From Chrysomallon squamiferum (Eukaryota; Animalia; Mollusca): a DNA stretch of 64,000 nt. The translations under genes and the position numbers were made by a program. The notes under the pieces were generated by a model. It was given only the letters and a program-made list of their open reading frames with translations, made no database searches and had not been told where the DNA came from. The stretch lies in assembly GCA_012295275.1 (NCBI GenBank), contig CM022672.1, positions 7,130,001 through 7,194,000 on the forward strand, read 5' to 3'. Below are positions 1 to 20,931 of this stretch, one piece after another. Every line of letters starts with the position of its first letter. Positions within the stretch are counted from its first letter, which is position 1.

Positions 1-255
1 TATGTATGTGAGGCTTTACGAGTTTTAATATTTACTTTTGACGACCTCGAACTACGTTACTGATTTAACAAACGGTTGAGAGAAACGCCTATCATAATGA
101 TCCCAGCTGTATTCTCGTTTCGTTTAAACTTTTACTATATTTTCTTCTTTTTTTCCCAGATTTGTCATTGCTATTGATGTTTCATTACTGTCTTTTGTTG
201 GATTTATTGTTTTTTTTCGTTTCTCTTTTTCTTTTCTTTTTCGTGTTTTTCTTTA

Positions 256-297
<42 letters not shown>

Positions 298-344
298 AAC
301 ATGATAGCTAAAACTACCTGTATATTAAGATGAATAACAAATTA

Positions 345-470
345 GAGAGAGGAGAAAATATTTTATTTTACGATGCATCTAGCAGCTTTTTAATCTACGT
401 TTACATGGCGTTACACATAATTATGTTATTTGATCACACACTTCACGAGGGAAGAAACCCGCCGTGATTA
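345..470 (+). mobile_element. Degenerate SINE-like repeat fragment
   Basis: AAATATTTTATTTACGATGCA...GGAAGAAACCCGC resembles the left part of the 50345 and 45045 copies. Confidence 0.4.
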
Positions 471-782
471 GGCTATTGTTGTTCTATATATTGTTTTTTA
501 AATTTTATTTTTTATTTTTTATTTATTTATTATATATATATATCATTCCAAAGGAATAAAACTCATTATCTGGTCAGTGATAAACCAGTCTAATGAAAAA
601 CATTTGTACTCATTGATCATTATGAAGTACAAATGGAAGATATTTTCACACTGGTTTTATAAATTTTCATTAATTAGGAAATCTATTGTGAAGAAAATAC
701 TTTTCTATATCTTTATCAGATAACAGTTGGCAGGGGTAATTTTTGAAGCGAGTTATTTCCCTTTCAAGCCTATCCCGCAATA

Positions 783-822
<40 letters not shown>

Positions 823-1233
823 TTTTACAATAATAAATATTCATGATCGTGATGAATCATCATACAGTTAGTTGTTCGTGGAACAGTTGTTAACATTGTG
901 CCTAGCAATCGTAACTGGAAATAATTTCAATTCTTCGTTAATAAAAAGAAAAAGAAAAGAAAAGAAACAAAGCTCATATTATTATTTTTTATTATTATTT
1001 AATTATTTTCAATCAAATTCGTGAAATATGTTGCTATCCAGACCTTTGTAATTCTCTAGATATTTAATTAGTTCGGTTACATCCTGTTCCATATCGAACC
1101 ATGATACTTTTAAACATTTGTCAGTAAGCTATTACAAATTCCCTTTGACTAATGAATTACAATATTAAATTTATGTTTGCTTTTACCTATCAGTTATTGA
1201 CACGTACCATATTCCCCCAAAACGTAAAGTTAA

Positions 1234-1281
<48 letters not shown>

Positions 1282-1494
1282 AATAAGTAAATAACACATT
1301 TATTATATAAATTAGATTTATTAAAATGCAAATAACATTTAAATAATAATTATGTACAATGTATAAAATAATACAAATTTTAAATCCTCATCATCCGTGA
1401 ATTTCACTCAAGAAACATCATTCAAAAATTTGTATTTATTTCTTTTCTTAATATCCTCTATTTTCATCCATTAGCTTTTAATAAATATAATGAA

Positions 1495-1542
<48 letters not shown>

Positions 1543-1999
1543 CTGGCCACTTTTGTCAATGAGCTTAGGGGTTCATGGAATGGACTTTAATAAAGAAAAG
1601 TGTACTGGACAATAAAAGAAAAACATCTAAATCCTACATCAACATTTCGTATTTACTTAAGTTTCAATATATCAAGTATATGTTTTCTGTGAAGTAATAG
1701 AATAAAATGAAAAATAAACTTCGGACTTTTTCTGAACCTGATTTAGGATAGAAGCTATTTTGCATTTTTCTCGGTTTATGAAAAAAATAAGTTTTGAAAT
1801 TCGTTGGACATAAATCCAAAATTTTCATCTTGTGGCCATAAGTAATGCATGAGTGAGAATGTTATTTTTTGTTGTTGTTGTGTTTAAAATTGTGTTTGTT
1901 TCTTTGTTTTGTCGTTGCTTTTTTGTTGTTGTTGTTGTTGGTGGTGGTTTTTTGTTTGATTTTTTCCCCCAGTCAGAAACAAATTTATCTTGAAACAAT

Positions 2000-8364
<6,365 letters not shown>

Positions 8365-10162
8365 AATCGTCACCAAGATGTAAAGTTAAGCAGGTCGAGA
8401 ATGATGCTGCTTCGTCTTTAGAAAACCGCTTGTTCACTCGAAGCCCTCTTTGAGGTTTTGATTGCAAATATTTTTGGTGCCTGCTATTAGAGTGTGCTTC
8501 CCGTCATCCCGCCCAAAACAAATCATAGGTCATGTGACTCGTAAAGGAGCCAAACGCACCAGTCCCATGTTTACAGGCTGGCTTAAACATTTAAAAAAAG
8601 GAAGTACAAGAAGAAGAACTGCGGATGTAATTTAATTTGCTCGAACGTTTGATGGCTGTACAAGTGTTATTTTTGAATGTTAGTTACAATTAATATATTA
8701 TTAATGGGGCGAGGGAATGAGTGGTTTATTAGTTTTTTCTCGTTTTCCTTTTATGTTGAAAAACAAATGTGTTTTTTTGTTTCTTTGTTCGTTCATTGGT
8801 TGTTGTTTTTTTGTTGTTGTTTTTATTTTTATTTTTATTTTTATTATTTATTTTATTATTATTTTTTGTTTGGGGGGGGGAGCTTTCAGAGTATGTTTTC
8901 CAAATAAATAAATCAATTGTTTAAACTTTTGTAACTTAATAAAACTGTAATCAAAGCATAAAAATAATAAAATAATTATTATTGTTACTGTCTTAATTTG
9001 CCAGTTTCATTGCAAAATAGATTAATGAAACCAGAAATAAAATTGTGAAATTTTTTTTTTTTTTTTTTCGAATATCTGTTCCCCTCCTTTTGTCTCTTTA
9101 TAACGGAATCAGATTAGTAAACAGACGATTGGCCACACGCGCAGTGTATTACATGATGAGTCCTAGAGAGAACGTAAAACGTCTTTTTTCCTTGTAGCCA
9201 ATGACCTCGGCTCCTGAGTTGGCGATAATTACTATTCTCTACCTCTGCGATTTTTTCCTTCTGTTTCTTAATTTAATAACAGCTACTTACTTTAAATTTT
9301 CATTTGATCAGTGAAGGCAAAGAACGATAGATAAAGAATGAAATTGAAGAAAATATTTTTAAAATTGACCCGAAATATGAGAAGCCCTGCTGTGCATATT
9401 TAATAACTGACAGTCGGCCTAGAGAAGTATATACAAAACAAAATATTCAACACACCGAAATGATATAACAGATGGATGGGTAGACGGATGACGGAAACAT
9501 AGACAACAGATAGAAAATATGATGAAGAGATGTGTGCATAGATGGACAGATTAATATTATTTTAATTTACAAGCAATTAAAATCTAATCTCATTCAGTAC
9601 TGACAGAAATAAACAGTTTAAATCATTACTGGTTGAAAATTCAAATTAAACAGAAAAACTATTTTGAGTACGACCTTAAACATGGATAGACAATTCAACA
9701 AGAAAGAAAAAAACATTAAATGCTGAAAATTAAGACCAAATACAGAATAAGATTTATTACCAAAACATCCGAGATTTGCAAACAGATATAGAAATTTTAA
9801 CTCAACTTAAACTTTGTCCACGTTCGTGAGTTTTGAAAAGGGTAATAACTAGCATGCAGTCTGTGTTTGAAAATTCAACAAATACAAAAAGCCAGACTTT
9901 GAAAGATTTGAGATTTACACGACGTTAACAAACCTTTGACTTCTTTTATTAGTTTCTAGTACAAAGACAGAGAACAGTAACAAATCCATGACATGCTGAC
10001 CATCACACGACTAAGTGATGTTTTAAACAAACGTGTAGAAAACACGTGGCCCAATGTGACTGAACAACAGGAAATGTTAACAAACAACAACTTTATCTTC
10101 ACTTTTATACTGTAACTATCAATAGAATAAGGAAACATTTGCACTGACATGCACTGACATGC

Positions 10163-10229
<67 letters not shown>

Positions 10230-10234
<5 letters not shown>

Positions 10235-10416
10235 GAAAGTTTATTGTTACAAGCGCTAATCTACTGTTAATATTTGACAATATATATATCAACTATTCCT
10301 TATCAGAAAATATCAGCAAACAGTCTACAGGTTAATTTCTAAGAAAATATTTGATATATATATATACTGAATATTTTCCTTACAAACCTTTAGACCGTTT
10401 GCTGATAATTTCTGAT
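10230..10416. mobile_element. Foldback/MITE-like element (imperfect palindrome 10302-10416)
   Basis: ATCAGAAAATATCAGCAAACAGTCTACAGGTT...(TA)n...AACCTTTAGACCGTTTGCTGATAATTTCTGAT form inverted arms. A second, inverted copy lies at 27924-28034. Confidence 0.65.
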
Positions 10417-13362
10417 TTGTTAAAAAACCGTCATTTGTATTTTCATTTCTATAATAATATCTATTGATAATGGTGGGAAAAAGAGAGCACATTTACTTTG
10501 TTTTATCAAATACTTGACGTTTAACAGACTTTAAAATAAAATGTTTCTTTGTTGACTTGTTTCATGTCTAGCCAGCATAAGTTTATGGAAGCATTAAGCA
10601 AAACAGTCATAAAATTCTGTTTTTATAAATATTCTTGTTGTTTGTTCGTTTGTTTGAATGTTGGTGGATTTCTTTTGGAAGGTGGTAAATGTTCTTTGTT
10701 GGATTCATGTATTTATGCAATTATACTCAATTTACTTTTTTATATTTGATTTTTGTTTTGTTTTTATATAGGTACAAAAGTACTTGTGTAAGAAAACAAT
10801 GGACAGTCTGGGATAGTGTTTAAATTTGGCCTGGGCTCTGTTCAAACAAATCAGTGTGACAGACAAGTCGTACTTTACACTTGGTCCACTCCGTGTGTAT
10901 CTTGATGTGTGTTTGTTAATACATTAAGTCAGTGAGTTATTTCACGACAGACAGATAAACAACACTGCATTATCAGCACTGACAAACAAACAGTTTTCGT
11001 ATTCGCCAAAGCACGTACGTTTTCCAAGAACAGTTCTACATGTGACGACAGAAAGAGTCAATCCCATTTTGCATTTTATTGTTTTAAAAACTGTTCTTCT
11101 CCTTTATTTGTTATTGTTATCCCTCCCATACTTTTTTCTTTTTTCTTTTATTCTTTCTTTCTTTCTTTATCATCATCACCATTATAATTATTATATTTAA
11201 ACAAATAATATTGCATATATTGCAGCTGAAGAAGTCATGTTTGGTTATTTTTATAACTGCTAAACCACTAATTTTTATGTTATAATGAAACATTAGAAAC
11301 ATTCACCAAAATAAAAAACTAGCTCATTTCAGTTTAGTGTTTAAAATGGATGTCACAGGTATGAAAGAAACGGTAACAAGCCTACTCACCAAATGAAAAA
11401 CGGCAATATATGTTTCTTAAATGAATGGATATATAACAGTAATTTTCATATTAAAGGGATTGTTGTTTTATCTGTTGTCATTCCATTAAATTAAGTTGTA
11501 TCTACACGACAGAAACTGTGTTGCAGAAAATACCGATCTTCAAGGGAAAAGAATAGTCGCTAAACCTAAATACTGCGTTTTTTGTTTCATCATGTCATTT
11601 TTCGTAATGAAGTAAGAGAGAAATTTTGCGTTACGTTGGCTGTTAGTCGAGCCATGCTATGCTAGCATGATAAGAAATCGTCAAGGCTAGACGATGGGAG
11701 TTTTATTGGTCATTTCCTTCCATTTGATAATCCAAATCACTAGTTTATTGTGGTGAATTGGTCTGCTCTGGGAAGAAGGTCAGTCGATGATCGGCAGAGA
11801 CATGGCGGCAAATAGGTGGGGAAAAAATATATTTAGGTGGAAATTATGAAAATAAATCTGGTTCCGATATCTTAACATCTGTTGTAAATGGAGAAAATGA
11901 AAGTTAGCGTGGCATATTAATCGAATAATAAAAACAATAAAAAATAAATTAAAAATTAAAAAATAACGCTTACACATCCTTTATGCGTGCGTGCAGGTGT
12001 CTGTTTTTCTGCTATTTCGATTAATTAACATAAATATATATTTTTTATACATTTTCGAAGGATTGTTTACAGCAAATTGTAAAGTAAATTCAGTTTCTAC
12101 GATATTTTACGTTCTTTGTAGAAAAGAGAAAAAACAAGTCATTGTTCTTACCTAACCTTTTGAACTAGTTGTTATTAAAAAATGATCGTCAGAAACAAAA
12201 AAGAATATATTTATATGTACCATTAACTACACGTCTAAATTAAATAAATAAATAAATGATAAAAAAAATGTTTATAATAAAAATTTAAAATATTTAACCT
12301 GCATTAACGACTCACACTAAAGTATTACTATTTTAACTGAAATAAACTATTTATTATTTAAATTATTCTTCTACGTTTTTATTTATTTATTTATTTGACA
12401 GGGCATATTAAAGAATGGATTCCAACTCAAACGGACGCAAATAACATTTACACTCCACATTTCAAAAAATGTTCGCCATTTCGTTTATTCCAGTGCTTGG
12501 AATGACATTGCCTGGGTACACACTACAGCTAAAGACATCTCAATTCCGCCCTCTGAATTCATATTTGTTTTCTTCTGTCGGCAAATTTCTGTTAAGCGAA
12601 GGATTTATTTGGTGTTACCGAATCAAACTAGAAAGATAAGGAATTGTGTTATGTGAACGTGGAAGCAGAATCGAAACACTAATACAAAATGTATACGAAA
12701 AACTGATTATAAATTACTTAAAGAAACACACACACATACATTACAAGCACCCAAGCACGCATGTACGCAGGCACACACACTTGTTATAGGGACACTGGCT
12801 GAAATGAAAACGCTCATCTGACACACAGATAAATGATTATTTTCAAATGTTATCTTCTTTGGTAAGCGGTTTTTTACCATCTTACTTATTTCCCAAAATA
12901 ATGTCATTCAGATTTATAAAAGAATAAACTAATATTTTAAAACTTTATAAACACACCATAGTTGTAATTAATTTTTTATTTTATTTTCTTTTTTTAAATA
13001 ATAAAATAAAAATAAATAATAATTAAAAAAGAAAAAGAGAAAGAATACCTGTGTATTTAAAAAAAAAAAAAAAAAAAAAAACTTCTGGAAGAACCACTGC
13101 AGAAATCTGCCTATTTCGATCAGTAAAAAAACCCTCTATTTTGTAGGATGTTTGCGTTTAGATTGTTTTGTTAAACACACAGGTAAATTATAAACTGCGT
13201 GGTTTGATGTGATTAATTCATTTTCACATTTTATTTGCAATTATTATTATTTTTTTTAATATAAATTTTTTTAGTACAATAAAAGCTTTATTCAGTGCCA
13301 GTTGTAAACTTTGTCATATAACATGGAATATATACTCCTACTGTTGAAAATAACTTGAGAGA

Positions 13363-13473
<111 letters not shown>

Positions 13474-14030
13474 ACTAACATTATATTCAACTACTTTAAA
13501 CATAAAAACATTTCAAAGCTTAACAGAAAATCACCACATTTTATTTTGTGACCGTAAACATGTTTCAGGAAAATAAAATAATAATAATAATAATAATAAT
13601 AATAATTTGACTGAAAATTAATACATTTGTTTAATGGTGGGTTTTTTGTCTGATTTGTTTTGTTTTTTTTAATCTCATTTGATTCTCTTTTAATAGACAA
13701 CAAAAGTACTGCAGACAAAAAATTTATTTTACATGATTTTTATTTATTATTTTTTGAAGAGTAGTTGTTGTTATAACTTTTTAATAATACTTTAATATTT
13801 CTTATATATTTTTATTTTATTTTAGTTTAGTTTTAAATTCATTTATAAAAATTGGAATTTTTGAGATCTGATGCAAAACATGTATGAAAAATTGACTGCA
13901 AATTAAATATTTAATCAATTTTTTTTTTTTGCCCATCAATATTAACATCAATAATAAAGAATTAACATTTTATTACAGTATGCACAAATTAATGTCCTAC
14001 ATTTAAGATTCATATAATAATATTTCACTT

Positions 14031-14063
<33 letters not shown>

Positions 14064-16956
14064 ATCAGACTTTAGATAAATAATTCTCAATGACTGCATA
14101 TTTTACAATATATAGTGAAGAAAGAGCAAATGGTAAAACCAAATGAGATAAAACAAAAATGTAAAAAAATTCAAATGTTTCACTAATCATATACATGAAA
14201 TAGTTACACAAACAAGTGGGACTTGAAATTATTTACAGATAAATGATTTCAATAATGCCAACACTATGTGACAAACAAAAATCAATAAAAAACGAAATGG
14301 TTATGACTGAAAAGCATACAGTGAAACACAATATGTTGTTTTTTAAAAAGAAAAGTAAGCCAATCACAGACATACACAATATGAGTACTATACCGAAGTA
14401 AAATAAATACATCACCTATTTACATACACACACAAAACACTTTGTGGATATCTGATACCAGTTAATTCAGTTAAGTTTATTTTATTCCCCGGGAATATGT
14501 ACATTACAATCTTGTTGACACCACATATCAATCACAACATCATCATAAACAAACAGATAAAAAAAAAATACTAATAATAAAAAAAAAATACAGAACAAGC
14601 GATACAGTTCCATCAGGTTCTTCAAAACAATATTTGGCATACAGCAATGATAACTTAAATTTAAAAACATAGAATCACAGAATGAATTGTGTCATGTATT
14701 CCTGATTATACAAAAATGCTTGTCTTTACCTTTGTCTGTAATTTGCTTTGAAACATTGATGTAAGTTAAAGTATTAACTGTCATTTAAGAAAAAAAAATT
14801 CTGAAAATCAGTAACTGTACTTTAAACCTACAGCTATGAATTTTTTTAATAATAAATAGTAATAAAAATAAAAATAACACAATCTGATTAAAGTCAAATA
14901 TTTTCCAGATCACACTATAACTTATACAGTGAATCACTCATATCTATGATATTACCTTTACAACCGTAAATTTTTTACTTTGTCATACCTCATTGTTACC
15001 AAAGTATGGTTATTGTCAAACAAAATGAAATATCTCAGCAGTAGACAACTGACACACCATTTATTAATTTGCAAAAAATGCATTTTAAGAAGTTAATACA
15101 TTTGTAAAACTGACTTAGCAGTTTTGTATTACAAATCTTCTTTGAAACAATTGTGTGTGATACTATATTATTTTGATACTTAAAAAAGGAACTGATAATT
15201 TTTTTTTAATTCCTTTGCTAACATTTTCCCAGACAGCGAATGGAATGTTAACATAATTCCCAAAAATAAATTAACAAGCACACAACAAACATTAATATGG
15301 TAAAATACAAAAATCATTTCAATTTTATCTTTTCACAATAAAATGTCATTTATGATCAAATAATTAAACCTACCTGTCTTAAGTTATTTTTTATTTTTAT
15401 TATTTTAGTCTTCTTTTAAATTATTCTATCTTGTAACTACTTTTTTACTTGAAGCTCATGTTTGAATGTTAATTATTTTAACTGTTATGGTAGACAACCA
15501 AACAAAAAAATTGTTTGATACAGCTATCCTACAACATTCATATACAATTTAATGATTTAAATCATGTAAAATGATATCAAATTTGAAAACATTAATAAAT
15601 GCAATGAACAATGATAATAAATAAAAAGTAATTTGCAATAAAAACAGAAAATAGAAAAATAATGTCTCCGGTGATTTAATGGATATAATACACAAGATTC
15701 AAAAATTGCTGGGAAAGTTTGAGATGTCACAACCGTACAAGATGTACTGTCATTTGATGATATCCTAACAAGATGACAGAAAAAAGTCAATAAAGTCATA
15801 AACATAATGTAAATTTACAAGGCAGACACCGTTTTCATAATTGTGATTTAAAAAAGGTTTAAAATAGAAAAGTTTTGAAATTCCTCCACTGGCATGATCT
15901 TCATTTCAGTTAAGACAAAAAGCTCATCTTGGTCTAAATAATTCTCAGCTATTTTAATTTATAACTAAACATACACTTTCATGTAAATCACATTCCAAGT
16001 AATTACTTAATATTTAAAATAAGAGTTCATCTTACTTTTACATTAAATTATTAGTTTTTCTTTAACATGTTTTTTTTTAAATTCAGTTACTTATATTTTA
16101 TACAAGCAAAAATTCTCAACCTGATTTACTATGATTATCAGTTTAAAATTTAAAGTGTCCTCAATCAAGCAAAGCCTCTGACTAACAGAATTCTGCCCAA
16201 CTTAAAAACATCTGACAAATTTGTTTCTTGAAAGATGACAAAAAGAAATTATAGACCACTCTTACAACAACTCTTTTAACTACTTTTAAGTAACATCTTA
16301 TGCACATATCAGTTTGATGTAACTCTGGATGTCAAGTGTGTCACAGTAATCAAGTTTTATATAGATACAGAAATGATATTTTAATAGATAAAAAATTATA
16401 ACGAAATCACACTAAACTGAATGTAGGACAGCATGTACTTTTTAATATTATCAGTGAATTGATACATACATAGAAAAGGACGTATAATAATCTCCATTTT
16501 CCTGACAAATCTTTTTATAAGTTGTAATTAAAGCAACATTAAATAAAAATTTTGTTAAGGCAATAAGTCGGGGAGAATTTAGAAACGTTAATGGGTGGTG
16601 GTCTTTGTATGATGGGTCTGTGCAGTCAGTGTGTCTATGTCAAAACAGGAACTTGTTCTTTCTTAACTAAAAATATTTAAAATATCATTAAAAAGCTGAA
16701 ACATTTCATCTGATGCTTTAAAACAAAACAAAATATGACTGGGAAAGTAAGGCAGCCTCAAAGATGAAATACCTGATATTTGTTTGTCGTTTTAAAACTT
16801 TTAATTTGCTTTGATTGCCTGAACACATGAAAGAAACAGTAATCAGGTTTTTGGCTAAAAATCTGACAAAATATTTTCAGTATTTTTTTCCCCCTCAGTA
16901 TTGTCCACATTGCTAAAATGAGTACTATAAGAATGAAGATGAGTAGAGGTTTAAAA

Positions 16957-16995
16957 CTAGCGTCGATTTGGTTCATTCAGAATGCAGATCTCCAG
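16957..16995 (-). CDS. GOLGA7: GOLGA7 exon 5
   Basis: ttccag|[15 protein letters not shown]. Confidence 0.9.
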   Translation of the reverse strand: MEICILNEPNRR

Positions 16996-19962
16996 CTGGA
17001 AATAGTGGTTAAGGGAAACAGCATATCAGAATAATTAACATAAATGATAAAATACTGTATTTTTATCATAATATTAATCTCACTTGTAGAGAAACAAATT
17101 ATCACTGTAACATTTACCAAATAATGTACATGAACAGCAAAATAATTAGGTGGTTAACCGTTGGTTTTTAAATTAATTTTGTATTATTTAATAACATCAG
17201 AATATCAATTCATTACTATTATTATTTTTATTTCATTATGTCTGTACTTCTGAGTGTCTTCATATTTGTATTTAGGATTTTGTGTGTAGATTTGGGAATA
17301 CATGCATATAAAGGTGTGAATATGTAACAGTGTGCCTGTTTATATATATGAATATGTATACTTCTATGTAATGTATATAAATGTTTATACCTTCTGTATG
17401 TATCTTCTTGTAAAAAATATTAGTAAGTTTAAATACACAAAACATACATTTTACTTAATGGATTTATGTAAAGGATACAACTCTTAAGCCTCTCTCCACT
17501 GGGTCTATCAACATTAGACCTCGTGGAACATATACATCTTTATTCTGGTCTTGTATATACCGGTTAATTTTCTTTAAACACTGAAAATCAAAAATACTAA
17601 ATTACACATCTAAAAAATATCTGAAGTAATAAAAATAAAATATAAAATAAAATAATAAAATATAATAATAATGATGATGATGATAATTTTCTGTATCATT
17701 CTAAATTAACAGTGAAATGTGAAAAATAACCCCAACAGACCAAGAAAAAAAATTATAAAGTTTGACACAAACTCAGCCTGTTGTGGATTTTTTCAATTGT
17801 TACCAAAAATATGAAACAAGGGGAATTTATCACTATCTTACTCTTGACAAAGGCTGATGTCCAAAAATGTATGAACCAGTCATAGGTGTATGTGTGTGGG
17901 TATGTGAATATATATGCCATTAAACTGCTTTCTACAAACAAGAATACCGTAGTAAATTATTAAAATGTGTATACAAACCTTCTCATAGTAAGTGTCCATA
18001 CAGAGGTAAGCTAGATATGCAGTGAGACAGGCAAAGCAACTTTCACAATAAGTCCTTCCACTCAGACTCTCAGCCTCACTGTACATTTGATTTAATGTGT
18101 TTACTGTCTGTTCAAAAACATTTCTCTCAATCTGAAAGGCAACAGTGTTTGTAGATAACACTATCTATCTATCTGTATATAACTTTCTATATATATATAC
18201 ATATACACATACATACATATCTATACATATAAACATTAACAGAGAAACTAGTATATTTTTGGTTTAAATGAATATTACATTCTTAGCCTCAGGCAGAAGA
18301 CTGACAGTCATACTGTATGTGTATGAACAAAAATAATTTAAGAAAAAAAAAATCTGTTTTTTAAATTTAAATCTTAAATGTATATTAAAAAAACAATTTA
18401 CTTAAATTGAAGAAAGAAAATTAAAAGTAACAATCATTTGGTATATAAGGATAAAAAATAAAAAAAAGATGTCTAAATTTATGTTTAATATTATATTGCA
18501 ACATTCAAATTAACAGCTCACCTTGCCCTCTAATTCTGGTGGAAACTTAGTCTGAAATTTAATTCCTGTTCCATCGATGTAGTCTCGATGGAGAAACACT
18601 TTTGTGCAGTGGTTCGGGGGAGTCCTACTTCCACTTTCCATCTTGTGGCCCTTGAAAATCAAAATAAAAAGACATAAACAAAAAAATATTATAATAATAA
18701 ATTATTCTCACTTCTTCTTATAACATCACAAAGACATAAATAATTCAGATACATATTTGTTTCTTTAAATACATTGTGATCATTTAATGGCATAGAATAA
18801 ATTATCAGGCAAAAAAAAAATAAAAAAATAAAAAATAATAATAATAAATAAAAAAAATAATAATAAATAAAAAAATAAATAAGATAAAATAAATAAATAC
18901 TTTGAGACAGACAGAGAAAAAAAAATAACATGCATCAAGTTTAAAATATATTCATGCTATTAAGTACAACAATTATAACAAAACAGACAATTTTTCTAAT
19001 TTATGACATCGTAGTTTTATCATTATTATGATTATAGGTTGTTTTTTTATTGTTAGTTTTATATAACATCTGTTCAGTTATAAATTTCTAGGTAACAGAA
19101 TTATGAATGAATAAAAGCAGTATTACACAATTATATGTAAATTATAATACAATTATATTTAGCTACCGCAATTAAACAGACAAAGTACATTTCAAAAATG
19201 ATTCAAACTTTGGACAGTGAAGGAAAAACAAACAAACATAATAATTTAAGCTTTGAAAATCAATAAATGCTGATGTTTCTTAAACTTGCTTCAATATAGA
19301 AGTGTCATAATTTACCGTTCACTCGAACCCGTCTAATAGGTTGGAGCCCTTATAGCACTTAAAACAATGATCTACTTCAAACTCATGCACTGTTCATTTC
19401 CCGGCTATGTAGAAAAAAATAAAAATAAAAATATATCAGGAGAAATGAGAAAAGCTTGAATGATCATGCAGGTGCCTGTATCAACTGCATTGTATTTTCA
19501 TGCAGCAAAACTGGTGGTTATGTCAAATGAAGTATAAGATTTTTAACATGCAACTTCTGAAAATGTATTTATTAATTTATTTATTAAAAAAAATCTATAC
19601 TACTAATTATTTGTTTTTAAATTCTGCAGAAAATAATTTATTTTATAAACATATATACCAACAAACATTTACAGGCTGTTCCAAAACAACAACAAAATAA
19701 AAAAATAAAAAAATATAAAGTGAAAAAATATAAATAATAAAATAAATAAAAATAATAATAATTTTTTTCTCTTATACTGCTTTTGTCAATAAATGAATAT
19801 TTTTGCAATTTTCATGAATATTTTATTATTATCTGAGGGACATATTTTGTACTATATAAAAATTATAAAACAACCTATTACTTATTAGTTTTAATAATTT
19901 AATGATATATTAAATCTTGATTCCAATTGTTTAACTAAGTGTATTTTTCTATTTCTTTCTTA

Positions 19963-19996
<34 letters not shown>

Positions 19997-20562
19997 CAGA
20001 GTTGTTCAAAAGATGGAAGTTAGATATATGCTACATTCTGTGTAATGTTATTCATCAAAAACATTTTGTGTTGTTATTCATCAAATACGGATATTCACTC
20101 TGTACTTAATGACACTTCGTCAGTTCGTGACTTCCGTTATTTGGTAGCCTGGCTATTGCAACGATTCGAATGAATATAAATAAGACATATGAATTAATGA
20201 ATTATTTATTTTATTATTTAGCAGGGAAATTACCTGGTTTCTATCTCATAGATCTAATTATATCACATTTATAATAATTATTATATAAAACACGAAATAA
20301 TAATAATTATCATGGTCCTGTAAAATGTTAACAACTATAGTACTAATGCTTAGTAATCCTGGAACTTGCGTCAATCGACTTCATGATGAAAACAAAACAT
20401 AATCATAGATCTCGCTTTCGATTAATGATAACGAAAAAATATTATTTACAATGTCAGGAAGATAAAAATAATTCTACAAAGGAAGAATTTATACTTAACA
20501 ATGATGAGCAAAATTACATATAATATTTAACACGATAAAAATTTTACCTCGTCCGCAGCCAT
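16957..20562 (-). CDS. GOLGA7: Golgin subfamily A member 7 (GCP16; accessory subunit of zDHHC palmitoyltransferases), 145 aa, 5 coding exons
   Basis: Exons 20562-20548 (MAADE), 18650-18522, 18131-17979, 17580-17479 and 16995-16957, all phase 0. Family hallmarks: [32 protein letters not shown]...[10 protein letters not shown]...[36 protein letters not shown]. Confidence 0.95.
16996..17478 (-). other. U12-type (minor spliceosome) GT-AG intron
   Basis: 5' splice site GTATCCTTT (17478-17470). Branch point TTTCCCTTAAC (17018-17008) lies about 12 nt before the AG, with no long pyrimidine tract. Both match the U12 consensus. Confidence 0.93.
17479..17580 (-). CDS. GOLGA7: GOLGA7 exon 4
   Basis: ttttcag|[34 protein letters not shown]|gtatcctt. 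Confidence 0.95.
17979..18131 (-). CDS. GOLGA7: GOLGA7 exon 3
   Basis: tttcag|IERNVFEQ...[23 protein letters not shown]|gtttg. Confidence 0.95.
18522..18650 (-). CDS. GOLGA7: GOLGA7 exon 2
   Basis: ttcaag|[43 protein letters not shown]|gtgag. Confidence 0.93.
20548..20562 (-). CDS. GOLGA7: GOLGA7 exon 1 (MAADE)
   Basis: ATG GCT GCG GAC GAG|gtaaaa in a CpG-containing promoter region, in frame with exon 2. An internal ATG in exon 2 is an alternative start. Confidence 0.75.
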
Positions 20563-20888
20563 ATTATTTTCTCTCTCTGAAAGGTAAAGTAACGTCGATG
20601 CTGATTGGTTGAAGTATTATGTATACATTTTGTAATTGAAAGGTTACTGTGCAATAAACGATTTCGTATTTACGATAATGTCTGAGTATTATTACAATAA
20701 AAAAAAAAAAAAAAAACAACAAAAAAACACATTGTATATTACGTATTAATTAATATCATCTTCATTCAGATTGAAAATACGTTTGAATACAATTACTGAA
20801 TTAGAAATAATTAAAGGTAATAATACATTGCAATTACATTGAATCTAACTCCTATAAATACTTAGTTATTAAAATTAAAACATATGTA

Positions 20889-20931
<43 letters not shown>

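Noticed and set aside
11390-11450. Alternative signal-peptide exon for the lectin
   Set aside because: The ATG-initiated frame stops before the donor. The exon at 8364-8298 fits phase and hydrophobicity better.
19290-19420. GC-richer patch in GOLGA7 intron 1 as a possible snoRNA
   Set aside because: I could not identify convincing C/D or H/ACA box spacing or stems; an Infernal search would be needed.
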